NCBI GenBank assembly: GCA_965644295.1
Contig: CBFFRP010000363.1
Coordinates: forward strand, 620,001 to 684,000
Direction: 5' to 3'
DNA: 64,000 nt
DNA from: Paraphysomonas bandaiensis
Taxonomy: Eukaryota > Protista > Chrysophyceae
Shown: positions 38,488-51,600 of the stretch, piece after piece
Position numbering within the stretch: the first letter of the stretch is position 1
Layout of the letters: each line of letters starts with the position of its first letter
Notes under the pieces: generated by a model
Told to the model about the DNA's origin: nothing
What the model saw: only the letters and a program-made list of their open reading frames with translations
Database searches by the model: none
Position numbers and translations under genes: made by a program

Positions 38488-39884
38488 ACTTAAACGTGGA
38501 TGCCACATCGTGGATTACATTCCTGGATGTATGGCTAGAAATTATCCTGGTTTGCCGAATGTCTTATGATTAAGCCAGTGCATGCACCCAATGTAATTAG
38601 TACTTTGTACGAATTAGTTGAAGAAGTAATGTGAAACTTAAGACAATGCAATGTAGTTTTAAATGGCAGACCATGAGAAAAATGCTGTGTCATAAATATT
38701 ATTGAGAAATGATTTCCAATTCTTAGTGACTGTGAGGTAGCAAGTAGGGATAGAGTAGTATAATGCAGTAGTATCGTTAGTTTGATTTGTGTCGGTACAG
38801 TTGCAACTTCATCAACATAAATTCTATTGCATACGCCTTACTTAGCCTACTAATACTAATAAAACATAAACCAATACAACGCAATAACGTTGGTGTAATA
38901 ATGCAATTTTACCAGGCTCTATATCTACGTTTTCACTGCGTATTTTATCACATTGTAATCTGTATAGTGGTTAAAGATTAAAGATGATAAATAGAGAATG
39001 ATATCACAATAACACTTGTGATTATAGCTGCCCCTCCACTACTATTTCTTGTAAAAACATGTTCTCCTAGAGTTGCATTTACCTTGCTTCTAATTTCGGA
39101 TATACTGCATGCACATATAGCTCTCTTTGCTACCATATCCAATAACCGATAACAACGCAACTGCTACATGCATTAGCACCGCTAACCGCTAATACCTACT
39201 GTATTATCAATTCTCAGGTGTATCAGGTACAACATTAGCCGGTGTACAACATAAACAATATAATTGCATTCTACATAATATATATTTATATTTACGAATT
39301 GTCCCTCAACAAAGTCGGACTCGAACCTTTTCGTGATGTTCTGGGGAGAAAGTACCAGAATATTTCTCCGGGGAACTAACGTGAGCCGCATATATAGTCA
39401 GCAGATATTGTTCTGCCCACTCATAGCCAAATGCTTGTGTGGTACAAGGAACACAAATAAGTGTCACTTGCGTAGATGTGTTTGAGCCTTGACGAATAAA
39501 CAGGCATCCGGGAATGAACCCACTTCAAGGGCATCCAGGGTATTGGGCTGCCTGCTGAAGTCAAGCATCCGGACTGTTCACTTTAAGGACTGAAAAAATC
39601 CTGAAGTTACAAATTGTAGTTAAAATAGCTATAATTACAAATTAGAAAGTAGACAAAAATATAATACATGCAATATTCTGCATTGTGATGCTCGCTTGGA
39701 AGCGGAGGAGTAACGGAGAGGACGACACCGTTGACTGGTTTTCTCAGGTGTAGCAGACAATAGTAGATCACGTAAACGCTGTAGTATAAGCGCTGATAAG
39801 CATTCTATTCTTCAGATCACGTGCTTTCAGATCAATCCGCCCATGTCATGTACCTTATTATGAAGCTGTGGAACTGCACCGGAC

Positions 39885-40157
39885 ATGGCCACGAGAAACT
39901 GTCGCATCTTCAAGAGCAGTATCGGGTTAATAGGATCACTTCCTATATGTACTGATCAGCTAGTAGCGTATCTGCAACATGGTCATGTGCATCGAGACTG
40001 CCTCACTAGCGCCTGCGCAATTGTCGACCCTGGTTCTCAAAACAGTATAAGCACATGGATATTATAGTCCAGGGTAGAAATGAGGTTCATTGGTTAGTAC
40101 CACGTACTTATCGATTTTATAGTTACGTGAACTCAAAGAGAAACTTGTTCATTGAAC
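39885..40157 (+). mobile_element. isolated fragment of the same MULE family
   Basis: DQLVAYLQHGHVHRDCLTSACAIVDPGSQN matches DQLALLQHGHVHRDCLLGACSIIDPGPQN (3260-3550 and 58498-58911); no TIRs seen. Confidence 0.8.
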
Positions 40158-40402
40158 TATCTATTGCATTCTAGCTAAAGTGAGTAATACAATGAATATT
40201 AAATCACGTAGCAGTTCAATAAATCTGTTGAATTTAACATCATAATAATTCATATAGCGTTGCTCATCAATTCTCAGTAATTTTTATATTAAGAGTCAAC
40301 AGTAGTCAAATTTCAAATACTAGTTGAAATTGATGCTAAAACACTAAATACCACGCACATCTGGCACGCATACAAAATAGATGTATACAACCCAACGCAA
40401 GG

Positions 40403-43400
40403 CTAGCGAAGAACAGTCTTTCTAAAATCTCCCATCGCACTCCTCGCGGATGATGACAGGTCCTGTGTGAGCGACCGCATAGAGGACGCCATCGAAGTAA
40501 CCGTTGCGTTCGCCGACGCACCACTTCCTCCTATTGTCATTGGCGGAATGGGTAATCTCGAGCTGGCCCCACTGCTCTGAGAGCGCACATGAACAGATGA
40601 TCCATCACTCCTCTCCTGTCCCCGTGGACCAGCAGACAGCCCAAAGCTCTCCAATAACTGTTGTTGACTCTGTCTGCCTAGGCCCTGAAGAGACATGATA
40701 TTTTGCAAATCAGCAGCAGTTCCCTCCGGCCACATTATCTTAAATCTTTCTAGTAGCATCTCCTCGGGAGTGCCAATCAGCTTTAGCACAACCTCAATAT
40801 GCGCTGTGCGAGAAGTGACTAGTTTCATATACATTGAAGGTACCGGACTGCGTTCCTCACTGTCAGCCGAAAGCCCAACATGATGAAGGTGAAGCAATAG
40901 CGTCTTTACATTGTATGTGTCCAGGAGCAGTTGCTGGGTACCTGTCTCTGTAATTCGCTTCTGTTTCATTATTATGTCGATGTACCGCTGGAGAAAATTC
41001 GTCGCGAGCTTGGTACAAAAACTCCTGAAATAAGTGTCCGTAAGTGCATCTCGTATACGAGGAAGAAGCTCTTGAAGTGCATTCTGCCACTGGTGTATAT
41101 GTGCACTTTCCTCTCCGACCATGTTCACAGCTGACCAGTTTACATTTTGCATAGCACGGAAAGCAGGTTCAAGGCGATCCATCACTCCGGATTGTAAAGC
41201 GTTGAGCGCATAAGCCACCACATCCATGAAGGCGTCGACTTCTTGAGAGAAGTCCACTCGGTCAACTAGATCCTTTGCCATCTTGTTCTTTACCATACTC
41301 TCCAGCTGGGGTACAACCTCCGAGCAGTATTCCGATGTGTTTATGATATAGCATAGACTCACTTCGCTGCCCGGTAGCAGCTACGAAACGCATTAGTGTT
41401 AGCGAACACAAACAGGTTACGAAATAGCACTTACTCTGAACACTGGAGGCTGCCCTGATGATTGCGGGCATTTGCTGCGTAGCGACTCCGCATAATTTTG
41501 CAGGCAAGTTCTAAACTCCTTGCTGAGAGACAGAAATGTAATACCCGTAGTAAGAGCAGTGCAGCGTTTGATTGAGTTCTTTATGTACACAAACATGCTG
41601 ATGGAAGATCCATAGACCGAACCAGTCACAGCTGAACCGTCAGTTCCTTCAGTTGTCACTCCTTCTTCCTGACGAAGCCTGAAACACTATCAGTTAACAC
41701 GATATTTACTAGAATGAGCAGCGCGAATCAATGAAAAGCACAATACCACCACATTAGCCAAGACCATTTGCACAACGCAACTCACTTTTCAAGCATCTCC
41801 TCAAGATTTTTTCTCTCCAAAAGAACATAAGGCCCTAAGAACTGCTCAAAAACACCAGATATGCAGTTCGGCTCCAGCAATTTGGTCAGAATGGTCCGCT
41901 CCTCGTCAGTGACTGCAACTTCCGGTTGATCCGGCAGATAAATCAGAGGGGCCCCTCCTAAATTTAAGTCACACATACGTCGCCCACATTCAGAAAGCAC
42001 AACACCACCTGTCGGATGTGGTCCACTACGTCCTTGAGGAGCCATTCGCTCTGCGCTATACTGTGATGGGTCTTTTTCAACTGCGGAGTAAGATGTGTTA
42101 TGCGCTATGCCGCTGTCGTCTTCGAAACGAGTTCGCATCTCCTGTTCGAACCTGCAATATAAAGTCTCGCTCACAAACTGCAAAAATAGAAATAAAGAAT
42201 TATTCACCTGAGAGTTGACTGAAGAGCTTTTAGTAAAACAGTGACGTCACTGTTGTCTCCAAAGTCAGTGAGCATGGACATCATGTGGACTTTAGTGCGC
42301 TCATTGAATGATAGGCACAGTCGCTGGGCAACTCGCCAGTGCTTAGGGCACACAGAGGCAAACTTAGAGTCCACAGTGCGTATGAGGCGTTTAATCCATG
42401 CCCAGCGCCTATCAACATGATCAAGCCCGTAGTGACTCTTGCCTGGAGACAGTAAAACATACGATTAACGATCACCTCCCATATTGGCAACATTCATTAT
42501 AGCCTATGCACCTTCTTCACCCATTCACTCACCTGGGCTGAATATCTTTTCATATGGAAGCATTTGTAGCTGTACAAATTCATCCAATAGATCCTTGCGT
42601 GCCATAGGTCCCAGTGCGTCCACTACCATGCAGGCATCAGAGAGAGAGCTCATGTTACCAGGAAGAGAATCGGAGAGCATATCTATATCAGCCACAGTAT
42701 CCACAATCTGATTACACACCATACTAATATTACCATTTAACGCGTCTTATAACATAACCATACCTGGCCAATTTCACGAAATGAGGCGTGTACATGGCGT
42801 TTGAGAGTTGTCATGATACTATCAACTCGGACCTTAATTGCCGCAATCTTCGGAATGGCAGTGTAACGCTCAAAGTGAGTCATAAGCTGCTTGACTGCAT
42901 CAAGAAGATTCGATACCTCTCTGTACTGAAACTCCGAAGCCATCAACTACAGCAAATGATTTATTGGCGATATGTAGCTATGATTCTAATTATTTTCCAA
43001 TACCTCAAGTTGGCTTACAGCAGTGATCAACATTTGAAGTCGCTTCAACGATGTTATCGTACTCTGTAAGTGATTTTTCGCGCAATCTAGTTTCTTAATA
43101 TCTGCACATATTTCCTGCACCATCCTCTCAGACTGAGATGCTTTAGTCTTGATGTCATTTATCTTCTCGAAGAGTTCTCTTATAGCCACCTGAGCATCTG
43201 TTATGTCCTGCGCCTCACTGTTAAATACAGCCCATGATATCCACGAACGCATACCCGCGTAGCCTGCTCGCCTGCCCTGCTCTGTGTTTGTACCGCTTTG
43301 GATATTTCATCGTCGAGTGCGGTTATCTTTGAGGCGATACCCACTACAAACGTGTCAACATCATCCAGAGACGACTCAGTGGGGAACTTCTGGTTAATGA

Positions 43401-43455
43401 ATGCAATCGGGTCAAAGTTTGGCGAGTCCAATGGATCCTCTGCGATTGAAGTCAT
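40403..43455 (-). CDS. VPS53: GARP complex subunit VPS53 (multi-exon)
   Basis: DPLDSPNFDPIAFINQKFPTESSL, ELFEKINDIKTKASQSERMVQEICADIKKLDCAKNHLQSTITSLKRLQML, LCYIINTSEYC and GTQQLLLD. Confidence 0.93.
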
Positions 43456-43576
43456 TGTACTGAAACTCCCTCCCTGGTTGACAGGTGTCGATTAGGTGGG
43501 CATGAAATCTGTCTGCTGATGACTAAACAAGCAAATCCTCGCTCTGTACACACAACAGCATACAGAGTATACCATA

Positions 43577-43598
43577 TACACACACACACACACACACA
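43577..43598. repeat. (CA)n microsatellite
   Basis: About 11 CA units in the divergent region upstream of VPS53. Confidence 0.85.
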
Positions 43599-43884
43599 TA
43601 CAGCAACAACACTTGAACACATAGAGCACGAAATACATACTACGTAAAACCCATTTTTTTGGTTCATTGTGCTCAGTTTACAACAGAAAGCCGAGTATTC
43701 TGGTATTCCATTCTCGAAATGTGTGTGTTTGCACCAGGAGTTCACCTGCAGGATGCAGAGAATAGCATGCCATGACTACCACACTACTCCACCTCGACTT
43801 CGACTCTTCGGCACATAGCATCGCATACTGTATCTCGCGCTCATATCAGTGTGGTTTTTAGGTACATAACACAATCCACTAGAA

Positions 43885-44664
43885 ATGCTACGACCCTTAA
43901 TTCGATGCAATCGCTCTTTGCTCACAACGCAGAGGCTATGTAGACCCAATTATCGTTTAAGCTTCTGCACAGAGGCGAGAGATGACGACGAGTTTATGTT
44001 CCCAGTGCAAGTTGTTCGTGACATGAAAGTGAGCTATTTGTGGAGCGGATCCGACATTGCACAGTTGTGTGACATAGGAGCGGGAAGCTTTGATGTGGAA
44101 AAAAAGATTGTTTATGCGAGAAAGAATGTGAAAGTGGTCCGCGTTCGACACGTTTCTGATGGTTACATGTCATTCACTCTGATTCCAGATAAGCAAAACA
44201 CATGGAAAATATGCAGTATTGCTGTATTCGGGAATGATATTGAAGAAAGTTATAATGATGTAGAGTTCTTTACGGGCGGTGTATGTGACCTTATTGGTGC
44301 GCTGAATTCTAAAACATCATCAGGTTTTTCCCAGCCTTATCAGTATGTGTGCCCTCCATATGCGCTGAAAACAACTGATCGTATATCAGAGTATATATCT
44401 CATTCCGGTATATGTAAAGATGGATCAGCTTTTTCACACTACTGCACCAGTTTGGTTCCGTCGAAACACTTGATAGGGACGTCGAAGTTAGTGTATCAAG
44501 AAACCTCAGTGCTTGTTCAGGATACTGCAGAAAATAACGTAGCCGTAATAGATTTACTTTTGCTTGTTGACCGTACACTGCCTGAAAACCGAATACTGGG
44601 TGTAGTAATATCAAGCGAGAAAAGTTTAGAATGTCATTCTTCAAAGAATGACAGTTGTCTATAA
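43885..44664 (+). CDS. hypothetical protein, possibly mitochondrion-targeted
   Basis: 259-aa intronless ORF with an Arg-rich leader (MLRPLIRCNRSLLTTQRLCRPNYRLSFC); head-to-head with VPS53. Confidence 0.6.
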   Translation: MLRPLIRCNRSLLTTQRLCRPNYRLSFCTEARDDDEFMFPVQVVRDMKVSYLWSGSDIAQLCDIGAGSFDVEKKIVYARKNVKVVRVRHVSDGYMSFTLIPDKQNTWKICSIAVFGNDIEESYNDVEFFTGGVCDLIGALNSKTSSGFSQPYQYVCPPYALKTTDRISEYISHSGICKDGSAFSHYCTSLVPSKHLIGTSKLVYQETSVLVQDTAENNVAVIDLLLLVDRTLPENRILGVVISSEKSLECHSSKNDSCL

Positions 44665-45307
44665 TGACGTTTTTTTCTAAGTGATAAAGTTGCTTTACTG
44701 CGGTAAATAAAAAGTGTTTCATGTTTTATAGCACAATCATATTCATCAGGGAATTTGGTGCGCAAACGCATAACAGAGTAACATACAGGTATGTGTAGTA
44801 CTGAGTGAAAGTAGTGTCACCGTATGTAGTTTTACATAGAGTTGAACAACATTGGCTATGTGCATGCTACACGTACAGAATGCACATACAGTTGTTGCGC
44901 AGTTCTATTTTTGTCATTGTTAGATTTTCATTGTTCGATGTAAGAAATCTCAGGATGAATTGACAGTCCTGGGTAGGAATTGATCACGTATGCGTGGTAT
45001 GTGGTATCAGGCTTGCGTAACTAACAATAAATTGGTGGCATACTATCAGAAGCGTTGGAATACACACCGTGGACCAATACTAGCTATAGTTAATCCGTTC
45101 GTGCTATCTCTACTTTCTACTTCTATTTCAATTGCATGGCACATGAATATACTTTAATTAGTTCTCCGCAATTTGTACATTACGCGAAAAGCATTCTATA
45201 TATATGAATATTGCGTCAGTATCCATATCGTTCTTCGACATATTAATACTTACTTCATTCAAAATATTCGAACACCCCAAGGTACATATTGTAGTCTATA
45301 ATAGATA

Positions 45308-47463
45308 CTACAACTCACCCTGCAGACTAACAACAGGCTCCATGTCATTTTTTAGGCGCTCCATCAACCTATCTCTGGCTTCCCGCTCAAGAGTGGTCGC
45401 ATTTCTCCATCCTGGAGGTCGCCACCAGAAGTTTACAGCTACATGCCTTCCCCCGTAGGACGTCACCTGTCACAGGAATACGCAGTCAGTCATAGATATT
45501 ACTCCACAATAGCTTGCTGTTACGTATATACCTGGTGAAACCAACCAGTTGGAACAAATAACATGTCTCCCGCCTCCATGTGAACAGAGACTACAGTTCT
45601 AGATATTTCACTCTCCTAAATTATCCCAATCAGTATCCAAAATACAACATACACAACAGCAATAGCGAGCAGATAAGGATTTTTGTGTACCTCCAGCTCA
45701 GAGTCAGTGGCCATACTAAAGTGATAGTTCCTCGCCGATGCTGCATCCACGCTTGTGTTGTTGTTCGCTGGATTAAACTGGAACGAAAGTCCGTTTGAAG
45801 TAACGGCATAGGTTGGAGCGATGGTCTTCAGAAGCGGTGCATAGTGTGGTGAAAGCAGTTTGAATGTTTTTCGTCCGCACAGTAAGACATAAAGATTGTC
45901 AGTGGCGTCCATATGAAGCCGGCTGACGGTCCGTTTGCCTGAAATGTGGAGCAACGTTATTTTCAAAATCATTGGAGTGAAGCTCAATATGTACCTGGTG
46001 CGGATTCCGCGTTACCCATCCAGAGGTTGACGTCACTCATGCTACCATCATCAACATATGTCTGCAGTATGGATGGCATTGGGATGTCTGCTCTCAAGGC
46101 CTCAGTATGTAGCGGGGGTCGCCAAATTGAACCATTGGCGTCACGATTCTCTTGCACATTCAGGTATTCCTCAACTTCGCTGTTATGCATTCCAGCAGAA
46201 GTCGAAAAATGGTTAGCTAAAAACTGCTTAAAGGGTTGTTTGACACGATGGATTCCTGCGCCAAATCCAAATAGTCCTCCTGACATATCTCCCTTCGTTC
46301 CCCGACGTTCAACGTATACCTCCTCTTCTCCTGCCGCTGATACCAAGTAGGAGCTGTCTTCCCACTTACTCGTGCGCCAGTTGAGCAAAGTATCAACTCC
46401 GCCATCCACTCTGCTCCCTCGAATAACAATTGGTTCTCGACGCTGCACGATGTCGTCGAATTCTTCAGGAGTGGGCATGGAAGGAAATTCTGCCAAGGAC
46501 CTTGCTGATGGCCGGAATCCTATGCAACACCGTGGGATCAACATGAACCCGAATAAGACACGCTACTACCTGTGTACCCCACTTCTGCAAGTTTGGTGAC
46601 CTGTTTGTAAAGTCTTTCAGACGGAGAAAGAGCATTTTGAACATCTGCTTCCTCAGCACACACTGTTTCGTTGCAGGAATTCAAAGTCATCAGCTACAAA
46701 TTAGGTTCAGTACAATGCACTGTAACATGAAGGAAACTACCTTAGATGTAACATCTTTTAATAGAAATGCAATTCCAAAATCGTTTGGAGAAATACGGAG
46801 TACTTGTAGGAATTCTCGTTGGGCTCCACCGAGGTCACCTACACGAATGTCAAGTACTATGCACCAACCACATCTCTCAAAATTTAGCACACCCAACTAC
46901 GCCGGTTAGCAAGTCTAAACATTCGTCGTAAACTGACCTACAAAACTCAATGCACGGGCAAAATCACGTCTGGCAGCTAGAATATCTTCATCTGATGTCT
47001 CAGTATCTGTAGAAGCTTTGCCATAGAGTGCATTGCTCAAATACTTGACAGCATCTTGTGGCTGAAAAATATTCGAGTCTAAAGACCACGATCCGGCCCG
47101 ACTATTGAATCGAAAAGACGAAGGAAGTATATCTGCAAGAATTTTCAGGTGGCGAATAACATCTTGGTGTCGCATTAATCCCATTTGAACATGCCTAATA
47201 GCCAGGTAAGACAACCCCTCATGTATGGTAACTCGTATCTGTGGTGGTAGATCCCTATCCTGCAGAACAAGCTCACAGTTGAACTCCCCATCTTCATCTA
47301 TCTTGAGGTTTCTGTTGAGAGAGGGCACCAGAGGGGAGGTGGAGGGGGAGGTCAGGAAAGGTTGACAGAAGGCTTCGGCCTCTGCGTTTCGTTGGGAGAG
47401 TACAAACGCGGCTTCATTGAGGAAGACAACGGAGTATATAGCTACTAACCAAAGTCTCTTCAT
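45308..47463 (-). CDS. JmjC (cupin_8-type) 2OG/Fe(II) oxygenase with signal peptide and C-terminal -QGEL
   Basis: Leader MKRLWLVAIYSVVFLNEAAFVLS; REPIVIRG, NLWMG, SRLHMDATDNLYVLLCGRKTFKL, AGDMLFVPTGWFHQV and AVNFWW; last exon ends SLQGEL* at 45308. Confidence 0.85.
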
Positions 47464-47677
47464 TGTTACAGCGCACTCACTATTATTCCATATATACTTA
47501 AAGTTGCTGCAATGGAATCGTCGACAGCATACATATCAATAGTATACAGAGTCGGTACTGTATACGCGGCACATATCCATATCAGATATCCATGGAATAC
47601 AGCCGTAGGCTGTGGTACAACACTCAGCAATGCTTTATTTGGGAAAGCTTACATGCTGCGAAGAAAAGACATCTCAC

Positions 47678-48622
47678 ACCACTGTAGAAACACCGTTAAA
47701 GCAGCACACTGTTAAAACACTGTAGAAACATTGTTAAAGCAGCACATTGTTAAAGCAGCACACTGTTAAAACACTGTAGAAACATTGTTAAAGCAGCACA
47801 TTGTTAAAGCAGCACACTGTTAAAACACTGTAGAAACATTGTTAAAGCAGCACATTGTTAAAGCAGCACACTGTTAAAACACTGTAGAAACATTGTTAAA
47901 GCAGCACATTGTTAAAGCAGCACACTGTTAAAACACTGTAGAAACATTGTTAAAGCAGCACACTGTTAAAACACTGTTAAAGCAGCACATTGTTAAAGCA
48001 GCACACTGTTAAAACACTGTTAAAGCAGCACATTGTTAAAGCAGCACACTGTTAAAGCAGCACATTGTTAAAGCAGCACACTGTTAAAGCAGCACATTGT
48101 TAAAGCAGCACACTGTTAAAACACTGTTAAAGCAGCACATTGTTAAAGCAGCACACTGTTAAAGCAGCACACTGTTAAAACACTGTTAAAGCAGCACATT
48201 GTTAAAGCAGCACACTGTTAAAGCAGCACATTGTTAAAGCAGCACATTGTTAAAGCAGCACACTGTTAAAGCAGCACACTGTTAAAGCAGCACATTGTTA
48301 AAGCAGCACACTGTTAAAGCAGCACATTGTTAAAGCAGCACATTGTTAAAGCAGCACACTGTTAAAGCACTGTAGAAACATTGTTAAAGCAGCACATTGT
48401 TAAAGCAGCACATTGTTAAAGCAGCACACTGTTAAAGCAGCACATTGTTAAAGCAGCACACTGTTAAAACACTGTAGAAACACTGTTAAAGCAGCACATT
48501 GTTAAAGCAGCATACTGTTAAAACACTGTTAAAGCAGCACATTGTTAAAGCAGCACACTGTTAAAGCAGCATACTGTTAAAACACTGTTAAAGCAGCATA
48601 CTGTTAAAACACTGTTAAAGCA
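47678..48622. repeat. minisatellite of 16-bp (GCAGCACA[C/T]TGTTAAA) and 11-bp (ACACTGTAGAA / ACA[C/T]TGTTAAA) modules, left part
   Basis: Tandem units visible directly; continues after the LTR element. Confidence 0.97.
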
Positions 48623-51600
48623 AATGAAGAATTGATCTTTATAATAGTAAAACGATGTTGTGATTATTAGAGTGTAAGTAAAGAACACGATAGAGTGAAA
48701 AATTATGAATAACAATATAGAACGTACTATCATGCACAACGGAATAGTTAGAAGTGTAACTGATAATGACGACGTTATGATGACGATCACGTATCTTCGA
48801 CAGATACTCTCTCTAATTCAGTTCATGGTATATTTCATTGAACATTATAACTCACAGATATAATCATGTATTAAGCTGAATCCTAATACGCCCCCTCAAT
48901 GAAATAATCAGTGAACCGTAGATAATAGAGAGAATATGAACTTATGCACACTGAGAGTAAAAACCAGAGTAGCAGTCACTAGTCAATAATGAGCGAACTG
49001 CAGAGATGCCATATTGTGAGACCATCCTTCTAGTCCAGCATCATGTATTGAATAAAAGTAAAAAAAAAATGGTAAAAACTCCGTGTAACTCAAACTAGCC
49101 ACCTAGGTCGCTTGTGGTTTGTTAATTGTGATTTAGGTGTCTCTGAGGTTGTTGATCGCTTCCTGTTGCTGCTGGATGGGATGTCGAACCCAGCTCCCCC
49201 CATCAATGTAGTTCGCAATTGAAGAAAATTAGTTGTTCCTAGTGGTTTCGTGAGAAGATCGGCTAACATTGACGTGGTGGGAATATGGTCAACAGTCAAT
49301 TGGTTTTCGGCAATATTTTCTCGAATGAAATGATACCGTATTGCAATATGTTTCGTACGACGATGATGAGTAGGATTGTAACATAATTGGACTGCCCCTT
49401 TATTATCGCACCAAATAGTTGTTGAGAATGGAAGTTTGAAACCAATTTCTGATAATAAAGAGCGTAACCATAATGCTTCCTGAGCTGCTGACGATAGAGC
49501 CATATACTCAGCTTCAGTAGATGACAATGCCACAGTTGTCTGTAATCGAGATTGCCATGATATAAGACAATTACCTATGAAGAATGTAAAGGCTGTAGTG
49601 GATCGTCGAGTGAGGTGACACCGTGCCCAATCGCTATCGCAGTATCCTGACAATGTTATGTGGGATCCAGAATATATCAATCCTTGCTTAGCAGTGCCTT
49701 TGAGATACCTAAGAACATGTAACGCAGCATTACAGGTAGTTAGATTAGGCATATCAGAAAATCTGGCAAGAGTATTGACTGCGTAGGCGATATCCGGTCG
49801 AGTGCAAACAGCTAGATACATCAGGGAACCTACGAGCTCCTTGTAGGGGAAATTCTGAACATAACTTTGATTTGACTCTGAAAGATGATTGTATTCATGT
49901 AAATCATAGTTGAAAGACAGTAACATAGGTGTTGACATGGGTTTACTGTTAGACATGTTGAATTTGTCCAGTAGTTTCCTGACGTACTGCTCCTGACTGA
50001 GAGTCGTGATATTTTTGTCAAAGTCTTGGTGAATGGAGATGCCCAAGTAATAGTCTAGGAGTCCGAGATCCGTAATTTCGAACTTTTTGGATAAATGGTC
50101 TTTGAATTGTTGGATATCAGTGTCGGATGTAGATGCTATAATAATATCATCCACATACATGGCTATTAGCATAATCCTGCCATTAATCTGCTTTTTGAAT
50201 ATACACGGGTCAGATATTAGTCTGGTGAAACCCATATCTAGCATAAAATTTGTACAGCACTTATACCAGTTAAGACCTGCTTGCTTTAGACCGTAGATGC
50301 TTTTCATCAGTTTGAGGACTTTTCCGTCAGGGACGTCCATGCCAGGGGGGGGATGCATGTATATGTCCTCTTCGAGGTCAGCATTGATGTACGCAGTTGT
50401 GAAATCGATTTGGTGCAATTTGAGTTTCATAATAGTCGAAAGGGCAATAATTGTACGTAGTGATGTAGCCTTCGCGACGGGGCTGTATGTATCATTGTAA
50501 TCGATGCCTTGGATTTGAGTAAAACCCTGTGCGACTAGTCGAGCCTTGAATTTGATATCATTCTGTTTTCTTTTTATTTTGAATATGAGTTTCCCCTTTA
50601 TGGCTCTTGCTCCAGGTGGTAACGCAGTGTATCTCCAGCACCCTTTCCTCTGAAGAGTGGATATTTCTCTATTGATAGCATCGATCCACTGCTGTTTATA
50701 TTTACCTGAAATAGCATCTTGAACACTCTTTGGTGTATCGGTTAGCTCGTCAATGTCATCGCAATTACTGATAGCATGCATAACAATATCAATATTGTTT
50801 GTATGTAATTTTGATATACATTGTGTGTCATGTGCCATATGATTTACTACATGTTTGGCATTTACATCACATGTATATACACCATCACCAAGTTTATGTA
50901 TATTTACAATTACCCGTTTCCTGGCCATTCTCTTGCTTCGGAGAACACTCTTTTTACCAGCTAAAAATTGTTGTTTTGCTGTTGCACGGACCTTACTTGG
51001 CCCTTCAGGTGTATCCTGATTTTCCCAATCTCCCGATGAATCAGCAGGCTTGTTGCAGCGTTTGGCCACACGCTGACGCACACGATCCACTTGACCGTGT
51101 GGTGCCGGATTCGGCACTTGATTCCCATTGAATTTTTTCGGAGGGCGAGTCTTCGCTATCTTTGCATCGGAGTGGGTAGGTTCACACCGATGGCTGCTGA
51201 TTCTCTCCTGCGCGGCATCATGATGTCTTAGGTTCACGCCACTCCCCCTGGAAGTAGCGTCTGGCGCTGGAGATCCATTAACTGTATCGGGGTCTCGATC
51301 TGATTTGCTGGATTTATGTATTGGATTTTTCGATCGAGAAGTATTACATTTGAGACCAACTGCTTTGAGTTCAATGTAGTCTTCAGTATACTTTTCGACG
51401 TCTGCAGCATGAATGGGGTCTTCGAGCTGGATGAGTCGTGTCTTGTCACCGTTGTCGTCCACTAGACCACGATACGCTGCGATTAATCCTTTTCTGAGCT
51501 TTATTTGAGTCGTTACATATGTTAATCCATCGTCTGGATCTACATGAGCTAGACCTATGAGATATTTGAAACTTTCTACTGTCCTGGAGGTCTCATTCTC

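Noticed and set aside
39495-39560. tRNA/SINE-like GGGTTCATTCCCGG on the minus strand
   Set aside because: No cloverleaf, D-arm/A-box or acceptor stem
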